From a bacterium UBP15_UBA6099 (GTDB lineage: Bacteria; UBP15; UBA6099), in the NCBI GenBank assembly GCA_002435745.1, contig DIWT01000004.1, positions 19,096 through 83,095 of the forward strand: 64,000 nt of DNA. Direction: 5' to 3'. Below are positions 25,344 to 34,930 of this stretch, piece by piece. The first letter of the stretch is position 1; every line of letters begins with the position of its first letter. The position numbers and the translations under genes were made by a program. Under the pieces are notes generated by a model that was given only the letters and a program-made list of their open reading frames with translations, was not told the DNA's origin and ran no database searches.

Positions 25344-26723
25344 TCAGCCCGCCGGGGCGGTTTTGCTCAACTCGGCCAGAATGTCGCGGCAGAAGGAGGG
25401 CAGGGTGTCGTCTCGCGCGCCCATGACGACCACGATGTCTCCGGGCCGGGCGGCGGCGGCGATGGGAGCCGCGATGTCCGCGCGGGACTGGTAAAACTTG
25501 GCGGCGGCCCCTCGCGCCTCGACCTCGCCGATGATGTCCGCTGACGATATGGACTTGTCGGCGGAACCGCCCGCGTAGAAGATTTCAGGCATGTAAAGAA
25601 TGTCTGCGCCGGGGCGCAGCATCGCCGCGAACGTGTCGACCAGCTCGTCGCGCATAAATTTCGTCGGGCCGAATCCGTGAGGCTGAAACACGATGTGGCG
25701 CGCGCCGGGCAGAGCGTCGAGAGCATCGAGCGTCGCCCGGATTTTGTCGGGATTGTGGCCGAAGTCGTCGATGACTTTTATCCCGCGCGCCTCCCCGACA
25801 AGGTCGAACCTGCGCGCTATGCCGGAGAACCATTCGACGCCGTCTCTCACCGCTTCGGCGTCCAGTCCGAAATGCCTGCCGACGGCAATCGCGGCCAGCG
25901 CGTTCGACACGTTGTGCGCGCCGGGGACTTGCAGATTGTGTTCCAAGCCGTCCACTGTGAACGAAGCGGAGAAAGGCCGCAACGATACCTGTTCGGCGAC
26001 AATGTCCGCGCCGGGTTTCAGGCCGTATGTCACTGCGTTCGAGGCGAGGCCGCGCAACGCGGACGCTTTCGGGCAGTCAGCGTTTAGAACGGCTAGCTCG
26101 CGCGCGGCGGCGACGAATTTTCCGAATATCTCAACCAATTCGTCTATGGGCTTGTGATCTTTGGTGATGTTGGAGACGATGGAGACGGCGGGGGCGTAAT
26201 TGACGATTGAGCCGTCGCTTTCGTCGCTTTCGATGACGATAATATCGGAAGCGCCCGCGCGCGCGGAGCCGGACAACCCGTCGCCGACGAAGTTTTTCAT
26301 GATGCCGCCGTTGATGATGGAAGGGTCGAGTCCGGCGCGGGTCAGCAGAGCGCCGGTCATGCCGCAGATGGTGGTTTTGCCGGACGTGCCGCCGGCGGCC
26401 ACGCCGCGTTTTTCGTTAAAAATGCCGGCTAGCGCCTGCGACCTGTGCAACGTCCGAATGCCGAGCGCTCGCGCCCGCGCCATGTCAGGCACGGTGTCTT
26501 CTATCGCGGACGACGCCACTACGAAATCGCATCCCGCCACTCCGCTTCCGTCCTGAGGAAACAGTTTTATCCCGGAGGATTTCAGCCTGTCGAATGACGC
26601 TTGGTTCAAGCCCCTGTCGTTGTTTCTGTCGGAGCCGGAAACGCCGTGTCCCTGCGCCGCGAGAGTCTGCGCGATCGGGCTCATTCCGCTGCCGCCTATG
26701 CCTATGAAAAAGTAGTTTGCCAT
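25344..26723 (-). CDS. murC: Mur ligase, MurC-type (UDP-N-acetylmuramate--L-alanine ligase-like)
   Basis: N-terminal FFIGIGGSGMSPIA...GSD, P-loop GGTSGKTTICGM, and Mur ligase middle and C-terminal domains. Length is 459 aa. Confidence 0.7.
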   Translation of the reverse strand: MANYFFIGIGGSGMSPIAQTLAAQGHGVSGSDRNNDRGLNQASFDRLKSSGIKLFPQDGSGVAGCDFVVASSAIEDTVPDMARARALGIRTLHRSQALAGIFNEKRGVAAGGTSGKTTICGMTGALLTRAGLDPSIINGGIMKNFVGDGLSGSARAGASDIIVIESDESDGSIVNYAPAVSIVSNITKDHKPIDELVEIFGKFVAAARELAVLNADCPKASALRGLASNAVTYGLKPGADIVAEQVSLRPFSASFTVDGLEHNLQVPGAHNVSNALAAIAVGRHFGLDAEAVRDGVEWFSGIARRFDLVGEARGIKVIDDFGHNPDKIRATLDALDALPGARHIVFQPHGFGPTKFMRDELVDTFAAMLRPGADILYMPEIFYAGGSADKSISSADIIGEVEARGAAAKFYQSRADIAAPIAAAARPGDIVVVMGARDDTLPSFCRDILAELSKTAPAG

Positions 26724-26872
26724 GTCGTCTCCGGGCGAAGCCGTCGGCGCTCGCCGCCGTTTCTTTCGCCGATGGATTATAACACACCGCGCGGACTCCG
26801 GAAATCGCGCGTGGACAAAGCCTTCCGCGCCGCGTTATAATTGAAAAAAGAAATCCGAAAGAGGCGCGCGGT

Positions 26873-27175
26873 GTGAAAATCGACAGGACATCGAAAGACG
26901 GAACCGTTCTCGTCAGGGTGGACGGCGACATCGATTACGATTCGTCGCGGGAGTTCGCGGACGAGCTGATGTGTTGCGTGGCGGCAAAAGAGCCGCGCGT
27001 CGAGATCGATATGTCCGGCTGCCGGTTCATCAACAGCGCCGGGCTTGGGGCGGTCGCGGCGGCGGTCGCTGTGGCGCGCGCGCGCGGCGGCGACGTCGTC
27101 CTCGCCGGCGTTTCTCCCTCCATAAGAAAACTTTTCGCAATCACAGGTCTGGACAACATCATCGAGTTTAAATGA
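26873..27175 (+). CDS. STAS-domain anti-sigma-factor antagonist
   Basis: 100 aa with a typical SpoIIAA-like pattern (VDGDIDYDSSREFADEL...IDMSGCRFINSAGLGAV...LAGVSPSIRKLFAITGLD). The start is GTG. Confidence 0.85.
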   Translation: MKIDRTSKDGTVLVRVDGDIDYDSSREFADELMCCVAAKEPRVEIDMSGCRFINSAGLGAVAAAVAVARARGGDVVLAGVSPSIRKLFAITGLDNIIEFK

Positions 27176-27206
27176 AGCGCGCCGGGCTGTCGGCGAGCGC
27201 CCGGCT

Positions 27207-28175
27207 ATGGAATCCGAGCGCCGGGTTGGGTACAATATTCGGCGTATGCGCGAGCCTGTGTATGTCGAAACATATCGAAGCGGCCTGCTGAGAGAGCGGG
27301 TCGAGTCGGCGCGCGAGATTCTCAGGGAGTGCGCGCTGTGCCCGCGCGAATGCGGGGCGGATCGGCTTGCGGGCGAGACTGGGGTATGCCGCGCGGGGGC
27401 GGAGGCGCGCGTCGCAAGTTTTAATCTCCATCATGGCGAAGAGCCGCCCATCTCCGGCTCGAGAGGCAGCGGAACGATCTTTCTATCTCACTGCAATCTC
27501 AGATGCGTGTTCTGTCAGAACTATCCGATCAGCCACATGGGCAACGGGGTTCCAGCCCCGCCGCGCGAACTTGCGGACATGATGCTGAAGCTTCAGAAAC
27601 GCGGCGCGCACAACATTAACTTCGTCACGCCGACCCACTACATGCCGCAGATAATCGAGGCGTTGGAGATAGCCGTCGGGGACGGCCTGCGACTGCCCGT
27701 TGTTTACAACTGCGGCGGATACGAGTCGGTGGAAGCCGTGCGGATGCTGGAGGGGATAGTAGACGTGTATCTTCCGGATATAAAATACAGAAGCGCGGAG
27801 CCAGCCGAAGCGCTGTCGGGCGCGCCGGACTATTTCGAGCGTGCTTGCGCGGCAGTCAAGGAGATGTTCTCTCAGGTCGGCCTGCTGGAGACGGACGAAG
27901 AAGGCGTCGCCGTTCGCGGGCTGATAATCCGGCATCTTGTGTTGCCCGGCGGGCAGGCGGGCAGCAGGGAAGTATTTGAGTTCGTCGCTCGCGAGATTTC
28001 GCCGGATGTCAGCATGAGCGTAATGAGCCAGTATTTTCCGGCGCACGAGGCTCCGCTGAACTCGGCGGTGTCCCGGCGCGTGACGGTCGCCGAATATCAG
28101 GAAGCTCTGGACGCTCTGGAAGAAACAGGATTGACGAAGGGCTGGACGCAGAGCGATCCTGATTTGGAATACTAA
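27207..28175 (+). CDS. Radical SAM protein, PflX / pyruvate-formate-lyase-activase-related
   Basis: CNLRCVFCQN (CxxxCxxC). Length is 322 aa, with a conserved N-terminal Cys pair (CALCPRECG). Confidence 0.75.
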   Translation: MESERRVGYNIRRMREPVYVETYRSGLLRERVESAREILRECALCPRECGADRLAGETGVCRAGAEARVASFNLHHGEEPPISGSRGSGTIFLSHCNLRCVFCQNYPISHMGNGVPAPPRELADMMLKLQKRGAHNINFVTPTHYMPQIIEALEIAVGDGLRLPVVYNCGGYESVEAVRMLEGIVDVYLPDIKYRSAEPAEALSGAPDYFERACAAVKEMFSQVGLLETDEEGVAVRGLIIRHLVLPGGQAGSREVFEFVAREISPDVSMSVMSQYFPAHEAPLNSAVSRRVTVAEYQEALDALEETGLTKGWTQSDPDLEY

Positions 28176-28202
28176 AAGCGCGGGCAGCGCGGAAGGTTCG
28201 GC

Positions 28203-28763
28203 ATGGAAGACATTTCGCCTCTGGCGGTTGAAATCAGGGAGATGCGGCTGGACGATCTTGACCACGTCTACTGCATCGAGACGTCCGCGTATTCCAACCC
28301 ATGGCCGTTCCAGTCATTCGTAGACGAGCTGACCCGCAACCACTGGTCGCGCTATATCGTCGCCGAGTCGGAAGGGCAGATACGGGGATACGCGGGGATG
28401 TGGCTCATCGCAGGAGAGGCCCACATCACGAACATCGCCGTGGACTTCTCGTTCAGGCGGCGCATGGTAGGCGAACAGTTGCTGTTGCGCCTCATTGAAA
28501 TCGCCCTCGCGGAGGAGTGCTTTTCGATGTTCCTCGAAGTGAGGCGTTACAACCTTCCCGCGCAGCGGCTCTATTCGCGGTACAGGTTCAAGCCTATCCG
28601 CGTGCGAGAGAAATACTATCAGGACAATCTGGAAGACGCTATAGAGCTTAGGGTTGAGGACACTGCATCGTCGGATTTCGCCGATGCCTGCCGCGCGAGG
28701 CGTGCCGCGCTGACCGCCGCTCTTGGCAAGGAAGATTTTTACGACGGCGATTCCTCTTTCTGA
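28203..28763 (+). CDS. rimI: Ribosomal-protein-alanine N-acetyltransferase (GNAT)
   Basis: RimI-like pattern: IETSAYSNPWP...ITNIAVDFSFRRRMVGEQLL...LEVRRYNLPAQRLYSRYRFKPI. Confidence 0.8.
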   Translation: MEDISPLAVEIREMRLDDLDHVYCIETSAYSNPWPFQSFVDELTRNHWSRYIVAESEGQIRGYAGMWLIAGEAHITNIAVDFSFRRRMVGEQLLLRLIEIALAEECFSMFLEVRRYNLPAQRLYSRYRFKPIRVREKYYQDNLEDAIELRVEDTASSDFADACRARRAALTAALGKEDFYDGDSSF

Positions 28764-28899
28764 CTTTCGAATATAATATCCTTAAGCTGTCGAGCGTCGA
28801 AAAAATTCGTTTTCTTGGAACTTATCGCGGCGGCGGGAAGTTAAACATTTCGACGGGCGAACAAAATTAACGCGCGAAAGCGTTTCGGGAGGAATTAAA

Positions 28900-29424
28900 A
28901 TGGCGGCGGAACTTCAATCTTCAAACTTCGACCAAGAGGTTATCAAGTCCTCGACCCCGGTGGTAGTGGATTTCAGCGCGGTGTGGTGCGGGCCTTGCAA
29001 GATGCTTGCTCCGGTGATAGACAAGCTGGCTAATGCTTACGAAGGCAAGGCTAAGGTTTTCAAGATGGACGTGGACAACTCGCGCGATATCGCCACGAAA
29101 TTCGGAATTCGGGGCGTGCCGACAGTCATATTCTTCAAGGGCGGAGCGGAGAAAGACAGAGTTGTGGGGCTGGTGCCATACGAAATGCTCGACAAAAAGC
29201 TTTCGGCTATGATTGAGACACCTGTGCCAGAAGCAATTAAATGTCCACAATGTCAATCAACACAAATAACATCCCAAGAAAAAGGATTCAGCTTGGGAAA
29301 AGCAGCTGCTGGCGGTGTTTTACTTGGTCCCGTTGGCTTATTGGGTGGAGTATTAGGAAGCAAAAAAATCAATGTTGTATGCTTAAATTGTGGGCATTCT
29401 TGGAGTCCGGACGCAAAAGAATAA
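28900..29424 (+). CDS. trxA: Thioredoxin with a C-terminal zinc-ribbon/hydrophobic extension
   Basis: Residues 1-108 are a canonical thioredoxin (WCGPCK active site). Residues ~109-174 contain CPQC...G/L-rich hydrophobic stretch...CLNCGH and are encoded by AT-rich DNA. Confidence 0.85.
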   Translation: MAAELQSSNFDQEVIKSSTPVVVDFSAVWCGPCKMLAPVIDKLANAYEGKAKVFKMDVDNSRDIATKFGIRGVPTVIFFKGGAEKDRVVGLVPYEMLDKKLSAMIETPVPEAIKCPQCQSTQITSQEKGFSLGKAAAGGVLLGPVGLLGGVLGSKKINVVCLNCGHSWSPDAKE

Positions 29425-29546
29425 GAGGAAATGCCTATAGAAGACGCAAAAACGATCTGTTGAAAGCATCTTGATGCAATAATCAAACCAGATTCGTTAA
29501 GGCGATGGAAGACAATATAGTTGCGATATAGAGATAAAGTTGTCGT

Positions 29547-29840
29547 CTATATATCTTTCAGAGGTTTTGCGCTGTTGCATATAGCGGCAATTTCAACATA
29601 TCCGTCTTTGAGCCGATAGACGATTCTGTAATTTTTAAAAATTCTTTCCCTGATATTTTTATCTTCATATTCTGACAGAGCGCGGCCGGCCAAAGGGAAA
29701 TCCGGAATAGATTCAACGATTGCAATAATGCGTTTTGCGAAAAGAGCCGCATAATATTCGGAGTCTCTGGAAATGAATTCGCAGACGTCTTCAAGATCGG
29801 CAATGGCTCCCGGCGCCCATCTTATTCTTTTGATATCCAT
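29547..29840 (-). CDS. RelE/ParE-family type II toxin
   Basis: 97 aa with a typical pattern (...IFKNYRIVYRLKDGYVEIAAICNS). It overlaps the upstream antitoxin gene by 19 nt. Confidence 0.8.
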   Translation of the reverse strand: MDIKRIRWAPGAIADLEDVCEFISRDSEYYAALFAKRIIAIVESIPDFPLAGRALSEYEDKNIRERIFKNYRIVYRLKDGYVEIAAICNSAKPLKDI

Positions 29841-30013
29841 TTTGACATCCGTTTCTTGACATCATCATGAGCAATCCCTTTACCCTCTTCCAAGTCCTTC
29901 AAGCCGGAATCAACCTTTATCCTGAAATACAACTCAGCCATAACATCGTCCAATGTCGCGTCATCCGGCAGACGCTCAATGATACTTATCATCTGTTGTT
30001 TTATTCCGACCAT
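29822..30013 (-). CDS. Type II antitoxin (small addiction-module component)
   Basis: 63 aa starting from the ATG at 30013, 8 nt after GGGGTG (the ORF track starts at the GTG at 30022). It sits immediately upstream of the toxin and overlaps it. Confidence 0.7.
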   Translation of the reverse strand: MVGIKQQMISIIERLPDDATLDDVMAELYFRIKVDSGLKDLEEGKGIAHDDVKKRMSKWISKE

Positions 30014-30141
30014 TTCAATCACCCCTTTATAAAATTATATATTATCTCTGCCGCTTCTCAAAGTGAAGTCCCGTCATGTCAAACTCGTATCTTGGAGCGC
30101 GATCAGAACTGCGATTTCACCCATAGATGTTTAGCGTTATA

Positions 30142-30170
30142 AACCCGAATCCTAATGCCGGATTCGGGTT
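30142..30170 (-). terminator. Hairpin terminator candidate downstream of relA/spoT
   Basis: AACCCGAATCC-TAATGCC-GGATTCGGGTT: an 11-bp stem beginning 4 nt after the stop. Only a short U-tract follows. Confidence 0.45.
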
Positions 30171-30174
30171 GAGG

Positions 30175-32337
30175 TTAAAGTTTTCTGCGGGCGGAGATTA
30201 CGTCAACGATGGAGGAGATGCGGGGGAGGATGCGGGAGACATCTTCGATGTCGCCGACTTCAAGGCGGATGGTGGTGAGCGCGGTGGTATCTTTCATTAT
30301 CTTGGAGGTCATTTCGACGACGTTGAGTTTGGCTTCGCTGATGACAGCGAGGATTTCCTGAAGCACGCCGACTCTGTCGATGGAGTTGATCTCGATTTCG
30401 GCGATGTAGAGGTTGCCTGAGGTCTCGCCCCATTTGACGGGGACGATGCGGTCGCCGGACTCGACGAAGGAGCGGACATTCGGGCACTGGGAGCGATGAA
30501 TGGCGAGGCCGCGCCCACGCGTGACGAAACCGACGATGGGGTCTCCGGGGGCGGGAAAACAGCATTTGGGGAACGATACCATGACGTCGGGCAGTCCCTC
30601 GACGATTACGTCCTGTTTTCTGCTTTTGCGGATTGTGGTTCTGGCGCGAGCCGCGCCGCGCGCAGCAGGCTCCTCGACCGCCAGCAGTTCGCGGTAAGCG
30701 CGTCTGTATCTTTCCATCACCGCGCCGAGGGAGATGTCTCCGCAGCCGAGCGCGGCGTGAAAGTCGTCTTCCGATTTGAAGCTGAACGATTCGAGAAAAT
30801 CCTCGATGTCGATTTTTTCCAGCAGGTCTTCGCGTTTGAGGCCCGCGCGCTGAAGCTCCCGATGGAGCATCATTCTTCCCTGAACGATGTTTTCGTCGCG
30901 GTCCTGTTTTTTGAACCAAGCGCGGATTTTGTTTCTGGCCTGAGGGCTGACGGCGAAGCGGAGCCAGTCTCGGCTGGGCGAGCCTGTTTTGGATGTGAGG
31001 ATTTCGACGACGTCGCCGTTGCGGAGCTTCTGGTCTAGGGTGGAGATGCGCCCGTTGATTTTTGCGCCTCGGCAGGTGTGTCCGACCTGCGTGTGGATGT
31101 CATACGCGAAGTCGACTGGGGTGGCCCCGGCGGGCAGCGAGATCACTTTGCCCAGCGGGGTGACGGTGTAGACGGTGGTCCCGGCGTCGACGGAGATGTC
31201 TTCGGAGCGGTTGTGGGCGGCCTGAGCGGTCTCCGACGCGGACGCCATTTTGCGCACCCATCCGACAGTGTCATCGTCCGCCTCTCTTTTTCCCTGAGCT
31301 TTTTCCTTGTACTGGAAGTGGGCGGCGACGCCGTACTCGGCCAGCATGTGCATCTCCCACGTGCGGATCTGCACTTCGACCGGCTGGTTGTTCGGCGCTA
31401 TCACCACGGTGTGGATGCTCTTGTAGCCGTTCGGCTTCGGCTCTGCGATGTAGTTGTCGAACTCGTCAGGGATGGGCGTCCACAGCATGTGCAGCAGGGC
31501 GAGGACTCGGTAGCAGTCTTCGACGGTGTTGGCGATGATGCGGACGGCGGCCAGATCGAACAGTTGGTCGAAGTCCTTGTTCTGCCGGAGCATCTTCAGG
31601 TATGTGCTGTAGAGTCTTTTAGTGCGGCCTGTGATGTGCACTTTGAGGTCGTGCTCTTTGAATATGCCGCGAAGGAGGGAGACGACGCGGTTGATGGCTT
31701 CTTCGCGCTGGGCGGCGGACTCGTCGGCCTGCCGCTTCAGCCTATTGAACTCCGCCGGGAAAAGGAACTCGAAACAGAGGTCTTCCAGTTCGGATTTGAG
31801 CTGAGACATACCGAGCCTGTGGGCGAGAGGAGTGTAAATGTCGATGGATTCCTGAGCGAAGTTGTCGCGGCCCTCTGCGGGCGCGTTTTTGAGATGCCGC
31901 ATCAGGTCGAGCCGGGAGGCGAGCTTGATCAGAAGGAGCCTGACGTCCTGAGACATGGCGACCATAAGCTCGCTGAGTTGTGTGGCGCGGGCGCGTTCCT
32001 CGGCGGAGAAATGCAGCGAGCGCATCTGGGCGAGACCGCGCGCGAGCGCGGCGGCTTCCGGGCCGACTGCGGACTGGACGCGGGCGGCTGCTTTTTCGCC
32101 CCCGATGTCCGCCGTTCCCATCAGTATCGTCGCCGCGAGCGTGTTCGCGTCCATTGAAAGAGATGTGAGCGTGAGAGCCGCTTCAAGGCAGTGTTCGAGC
32201 AGGGGTCGCCCGTCGGGGGTCGCGCGTGACGCGTAGATGTCTGCCGCCGTCTCAAAGGCGCGGTCGAGAAGGGACGCATCCGCCGAGGGGTCGTATCCGG
32301 CGAGGTTCCGTTTGATTTTGTCCAGAAGCGTTTTCAT
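30175..32337 (-). CDS. relA: Bifunctional (p)ppGpp synthetase/hydrolase RelA/SpoT homologue
   Basis: 720 aa with HD, RelA_SpoT, TGS (VYTVTPLGKVISLPAGATPVDFAYDIH) and C-terminal ACT domains. Confidence 0.92.
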   Translation of the reverse strand: MKTLLDKIKRNLAGYDPSADASLLDRAFETAADIYASRATPDGRPLLEHCLEAALTLTSLSMDANTLAATILMGTADIGGEKAAARVQSAVGPEAAALARGLAQMRSLHFSAEERARATQLSELMVAMSQDVRLLLIKLASRLDLMRHLKNAPAEGRDNFAQESIDIYTPLAHRLGMSQLKSELEDLCFEFLFPAEFNRLKRQADESAAQREEAINRVVSLLRGIFKEHDLKVHITGRTKRLYSTYLKMLRQNKDFDQLFDLAAVRIIANTVEDCYRVLALLHMLWTPIPDEFDNYIAEPKPNGYKSIHTVVIAPNNQPVEVQIRTWEMHMLAEYGVAAHFQYKEKAQGKREADDDTVGWVRKMASASETAQAAHNRSEDISVDAGTTVYTVTPLGKVISLPAGATPVDFAYDIHTQVGHTCRGAKINGRISTLDQKLRNGDVVEILTSKTGSPSRDWLRFAVSPQARNKIRAWFKKQDRDENIVQGRMMLHRELQRAGLKREDLLEKIDIEDFLESFSFKSEDDFHAALGCGDISLGAVMERYRRAYRELLAVEEPAARGAARARTTIRKSRKQDVIVEGLPDVMVSFPKCCFPAPGDPIVGFVTRGRGLAIHRSQCPNVRSFVESGDRIVPVKWGETSGNLYIAEIEINSIDRVGVLQEILAVISEAKLNVVEMTSKIMKDTTALTTIRLEVGDIEDVSRILPRISSIVDVISARRKL

Positions 32338-32413
32338 AGGTTTATTTATTAGACATTATAAAGCCTTTGGCGTTCCCGCGTCCTTAATGAAAATAATTTC
32401 GGGTCGGCGCGGA

Positions 32414-32926
32414 TCAGAAGCAGAGCAGGGAGAACGCGTCGCAGTCGCCGAGGGCGGCGCGGCCGTTGAGAGATTCAAGCTCGATGACGAAGGCGCAAGA
32501 GGCTACGGTCGCGCCCAGTTCGCGGACGAGAGCTATGGCGGCCGCGGCTGTGCCTCCGGTGGCCAAAAGGTCGTCCACAATCAGAACCCGGTCTTCCGGC
32601 CCCAGCGCGTCCTTGTGAATCTCTATGCTGTCCGTCCCGTATTCGAGAGCATATTCCTTCTTTGCGGTTTCTGCGGGAAGTTTGCCGGGCTTGCGGGCGG
32701 GAACGAACCCGGCTCCGAGGGCGAGCGCCACTGGCGCTCCGAAGATGAATCCACGCGATTCTATGCCGACGACTTTGGTGATTTTTTCATTCTTGAATTC
32801 GTCGGACAGGAGATTGACGCATTCGGCGAACGCGGCTGAGTCTTTCAGCATCGTCGTGATGTCTCTGAACATAATCCCCGGTTTCGGGAAGTCCGGGATG
32901 GCTCGGATGACTTCGGAAAGATTCAT
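32414..32926 (-). CDS. apt: Adenine phosphoribosyltransferase
   Basis: 170 aa with the PRPP-binding motif VLIVDDLLATGGTA. Confidence 0.92.
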   Translation of the reverse strand: MNLSEVIRAIPDFPKPGIMFRDITTMLKDSAAFAECVNLLSDEFKNEKITKVVGIESRGFIFGAPVALALGAGFVPARKPGKLPAETAKKEYALEYGTDSIEIHKDALGPEDRVLIVDDLLATGGTAAAAIALVRELGATVASCAFVIELESLNGRAALGDCDAFSLLCF

Positions 32927-32949
32927 GTTGCGCTCCTTTCGGCGGAGTT

Positions 32950-34701
32950 TTATTTTCTTATGTCTTTAAGATGCAGTTTCGGTTTGGGCCTGCCCCCGAA
33001 CGCGTCTTCTTTCAGGACGTAGGCGATGTCGATGCTCTCGCCCATAAGCTGGTCGGGGGACCAGTTGTTGCAGAACCTGAACCCGATGCAATCCTGAACG
33101 GAGTTGCCTTTGCCGACGCGGATTTGCAGATGGCTGTTGTCTGCGCCGACGGCGCGGCACATCAGGACTGCGACGCCGATGGAGGCGAAGACAGGTTCCG
33201 GGTTGCCGACGCCGAAGGGTTTGAGCCTGCGGCACTGGCGGATGAGCTCGAGGTTGGCCGAATTGAGGGAGAGTTCGGCGTCGATGCGAAGGTCTGACGC
33301 GGCGGCCCGGCCTTCGGCGCTCTGCGCGGCCATGCGGTTCATTTCGGCCTTGAAGGCCGGGATGTTTTTCTCGTAAATTTTCATGCCCGCCGCAAGAGCG
33401 TGCCCGCCGAAAGTTATCAGCAGATCGGAGCAGGCGGACAGGGCCTGAAACACGTCGAATCCGGGGACGCTGCGCATTGTTGCTTGGCAGACGCGGCCCA
33501 GCTCCGGGTGGGGCGATTTCATGTCTAGCGGGTTTTTCGACAGGGTGGCCAGAGCGACGGGCCGACGTCGGGTCTCCATCAGTTTCGAGGCCACAACGCC
33601 CATGATGCCGATCTGCCATGACGGGTCGAACATGACGATAAACGAGCCGCCGCCGGCGTCGTCGGACGACTTGATGGCCGCCGCCGCGCTCTCGAAGACG
33701 CGGTTTTCCTGAACCATGCGGCGTTTGTTCTGGTCGTCGAGTTTGCGGGCGAGCAGCCGGGCGCGCTCAGGGGATTTCGCCAGCAAAAGCTCGACGCCCG
33801 CGCGCGGCCTCCACACGCGGCCCGCCGCGTTTATCCGGGGAGCCAGCCCGAAACTGATGTGGTCCGTCTCCATTTCCGTCCGCTCGCCTATGCCCGCCAC
33901 TTCCAGCAGGCTGTATATGCCGAGATGTCGGCTCTTGGGCATCTTTGCCAGCCCGTAGTTTGCGAAAAACCTGTTCTCATCGACAAGCGGAACCATGTCC
34001 GCCACAGTGCCGAGCGCCACGAACTCGCCATATCTTTCCAGCATGGTTTCCATCGGGACGCCGCGTGCCTCGCCGACGGCGGCGGCCAGCTTGAATGCCA
34101 CGCCGACCCCCGCAAGCTCTCTGAAGGGGTATTGCGAGTCGGCTCGTTTGGGATTTATCACAGCCACCGCGTCCGGCAGTTGCTCCGGCGGCTCGTGGTG
34201 GTCTGTGACTATGACGTCCACCCCAAGCTCTCTGGCGAGTTGGATTTCCTTGAAGGCGGTAACTCCGGTGTCTACGGTGATGACAAGGCCGTAGCCCGCC
34301 GTGCCGGTTTTCCTGACGACGTCGGAACTGATGCCGTAGCCTTCGATGTCGCGTTCGGGGATGTAGTAGCGGACGTGGCCGCCGAGGGATTCGAGGAAGG
34401 AGACGAGCAGGGCGGTCGAGGTGATGCCGTCCACGTCGTAGTCGCCGAAAATGAGGATGCGCTCGTGATTGTCGAGCGCGCGCAGGACCCGCTCCACCGC
34501 CGGGGCCATATCGTGAAAAAGGGCGGAGGCGTGCATGTCGTCCGCCGATGGGTTCATGAAAGCGAGAGCATTATCGACGGAAGAGATGCCCCGGTTGGCG
34601 AGAGCGCGCGCCGCCGGTTCGGGCATCTCGAGCTTATTGCTCAAGTTTTTCGCGACGGCTGTGTCGGGGTCGCGAAACTGCCAGTTGTATAAAGATTTCA
34701 T
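32950..34701 (-). CDS. recJ: Single-stranded-DNA-specific exonuclease RecJ
   Basis: DHH motifs (IFGDYDVDGITS, VTDHHEP) plus the DHHA1 region. Length is 583 aa. Confidence 0.92.
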   Translation of the reverse strand: MKSLYNWQFRDPDTAVAKNLSNKLEMPEPAARALANRGISSVDNALAFMNPSADDMHASALFHDMAPAVERVLRALDNHERILIFGDYDVDGITSTALLVSFLESLGGHVRYYIPERDIEGYGISSDVVRKTGTAGYGLVITVDTGVTAFKEIQLARELGVDVIVTDHHEPPEQLPDAVAVINPKRADSQYPFRELAGVGVAFKLAAAVGEARGVPMETMLERYGEFVALGTVADMVPLVDENRFFANYGLAKMPKSRHLGIYSLLEVAGIGERTEMETDHISFGLAPRINAAGRVWRPRAGVELLLAKSPERARLLARKLDDQNKRRMVQENRVFESAAAAIKSSDDAGGGSFIVMFDPSWQIGIMGVVASKLMETRRRPVALATLSKNPLDMKSPHPELGRVCQATMRSVPGFDVFQALSACSDLLITFGGHALAAGMKIYEKNIPAFKAEMNRMAAQSAEGRAAASDLRIDAELSLNSANLELIRQCRRLKPFGVGNPEPVFASIGVAVLMCRAVGADNSHLQIRVGKGNSVQDCIGFRFCNNWSPDQLMGESIDIAYVLKEDAFGGRPKPKLHLKDIRK

Positions 34702-34930
34702 TTTGCTGCGGCTGCGCCGGGCGCTCGGCTTGGAGGCGGAGCTTCTGACTGCGGCTTGCGGGTTTCAAAGGCGGAGTCGCTCATCGATGTTTAGATGCCT
34801 TGAGCGTCGGGGGCAAAGACTTTATCGAGAGTCGGAATTCGTCCCGGCGATGGTCGTCCTTTCGATTTATATAAAAACGAATTGTAAACTTATTCAGGAG
34901 ACGCGCCCCGGGGCGCGCCCGCGCCCGGCG

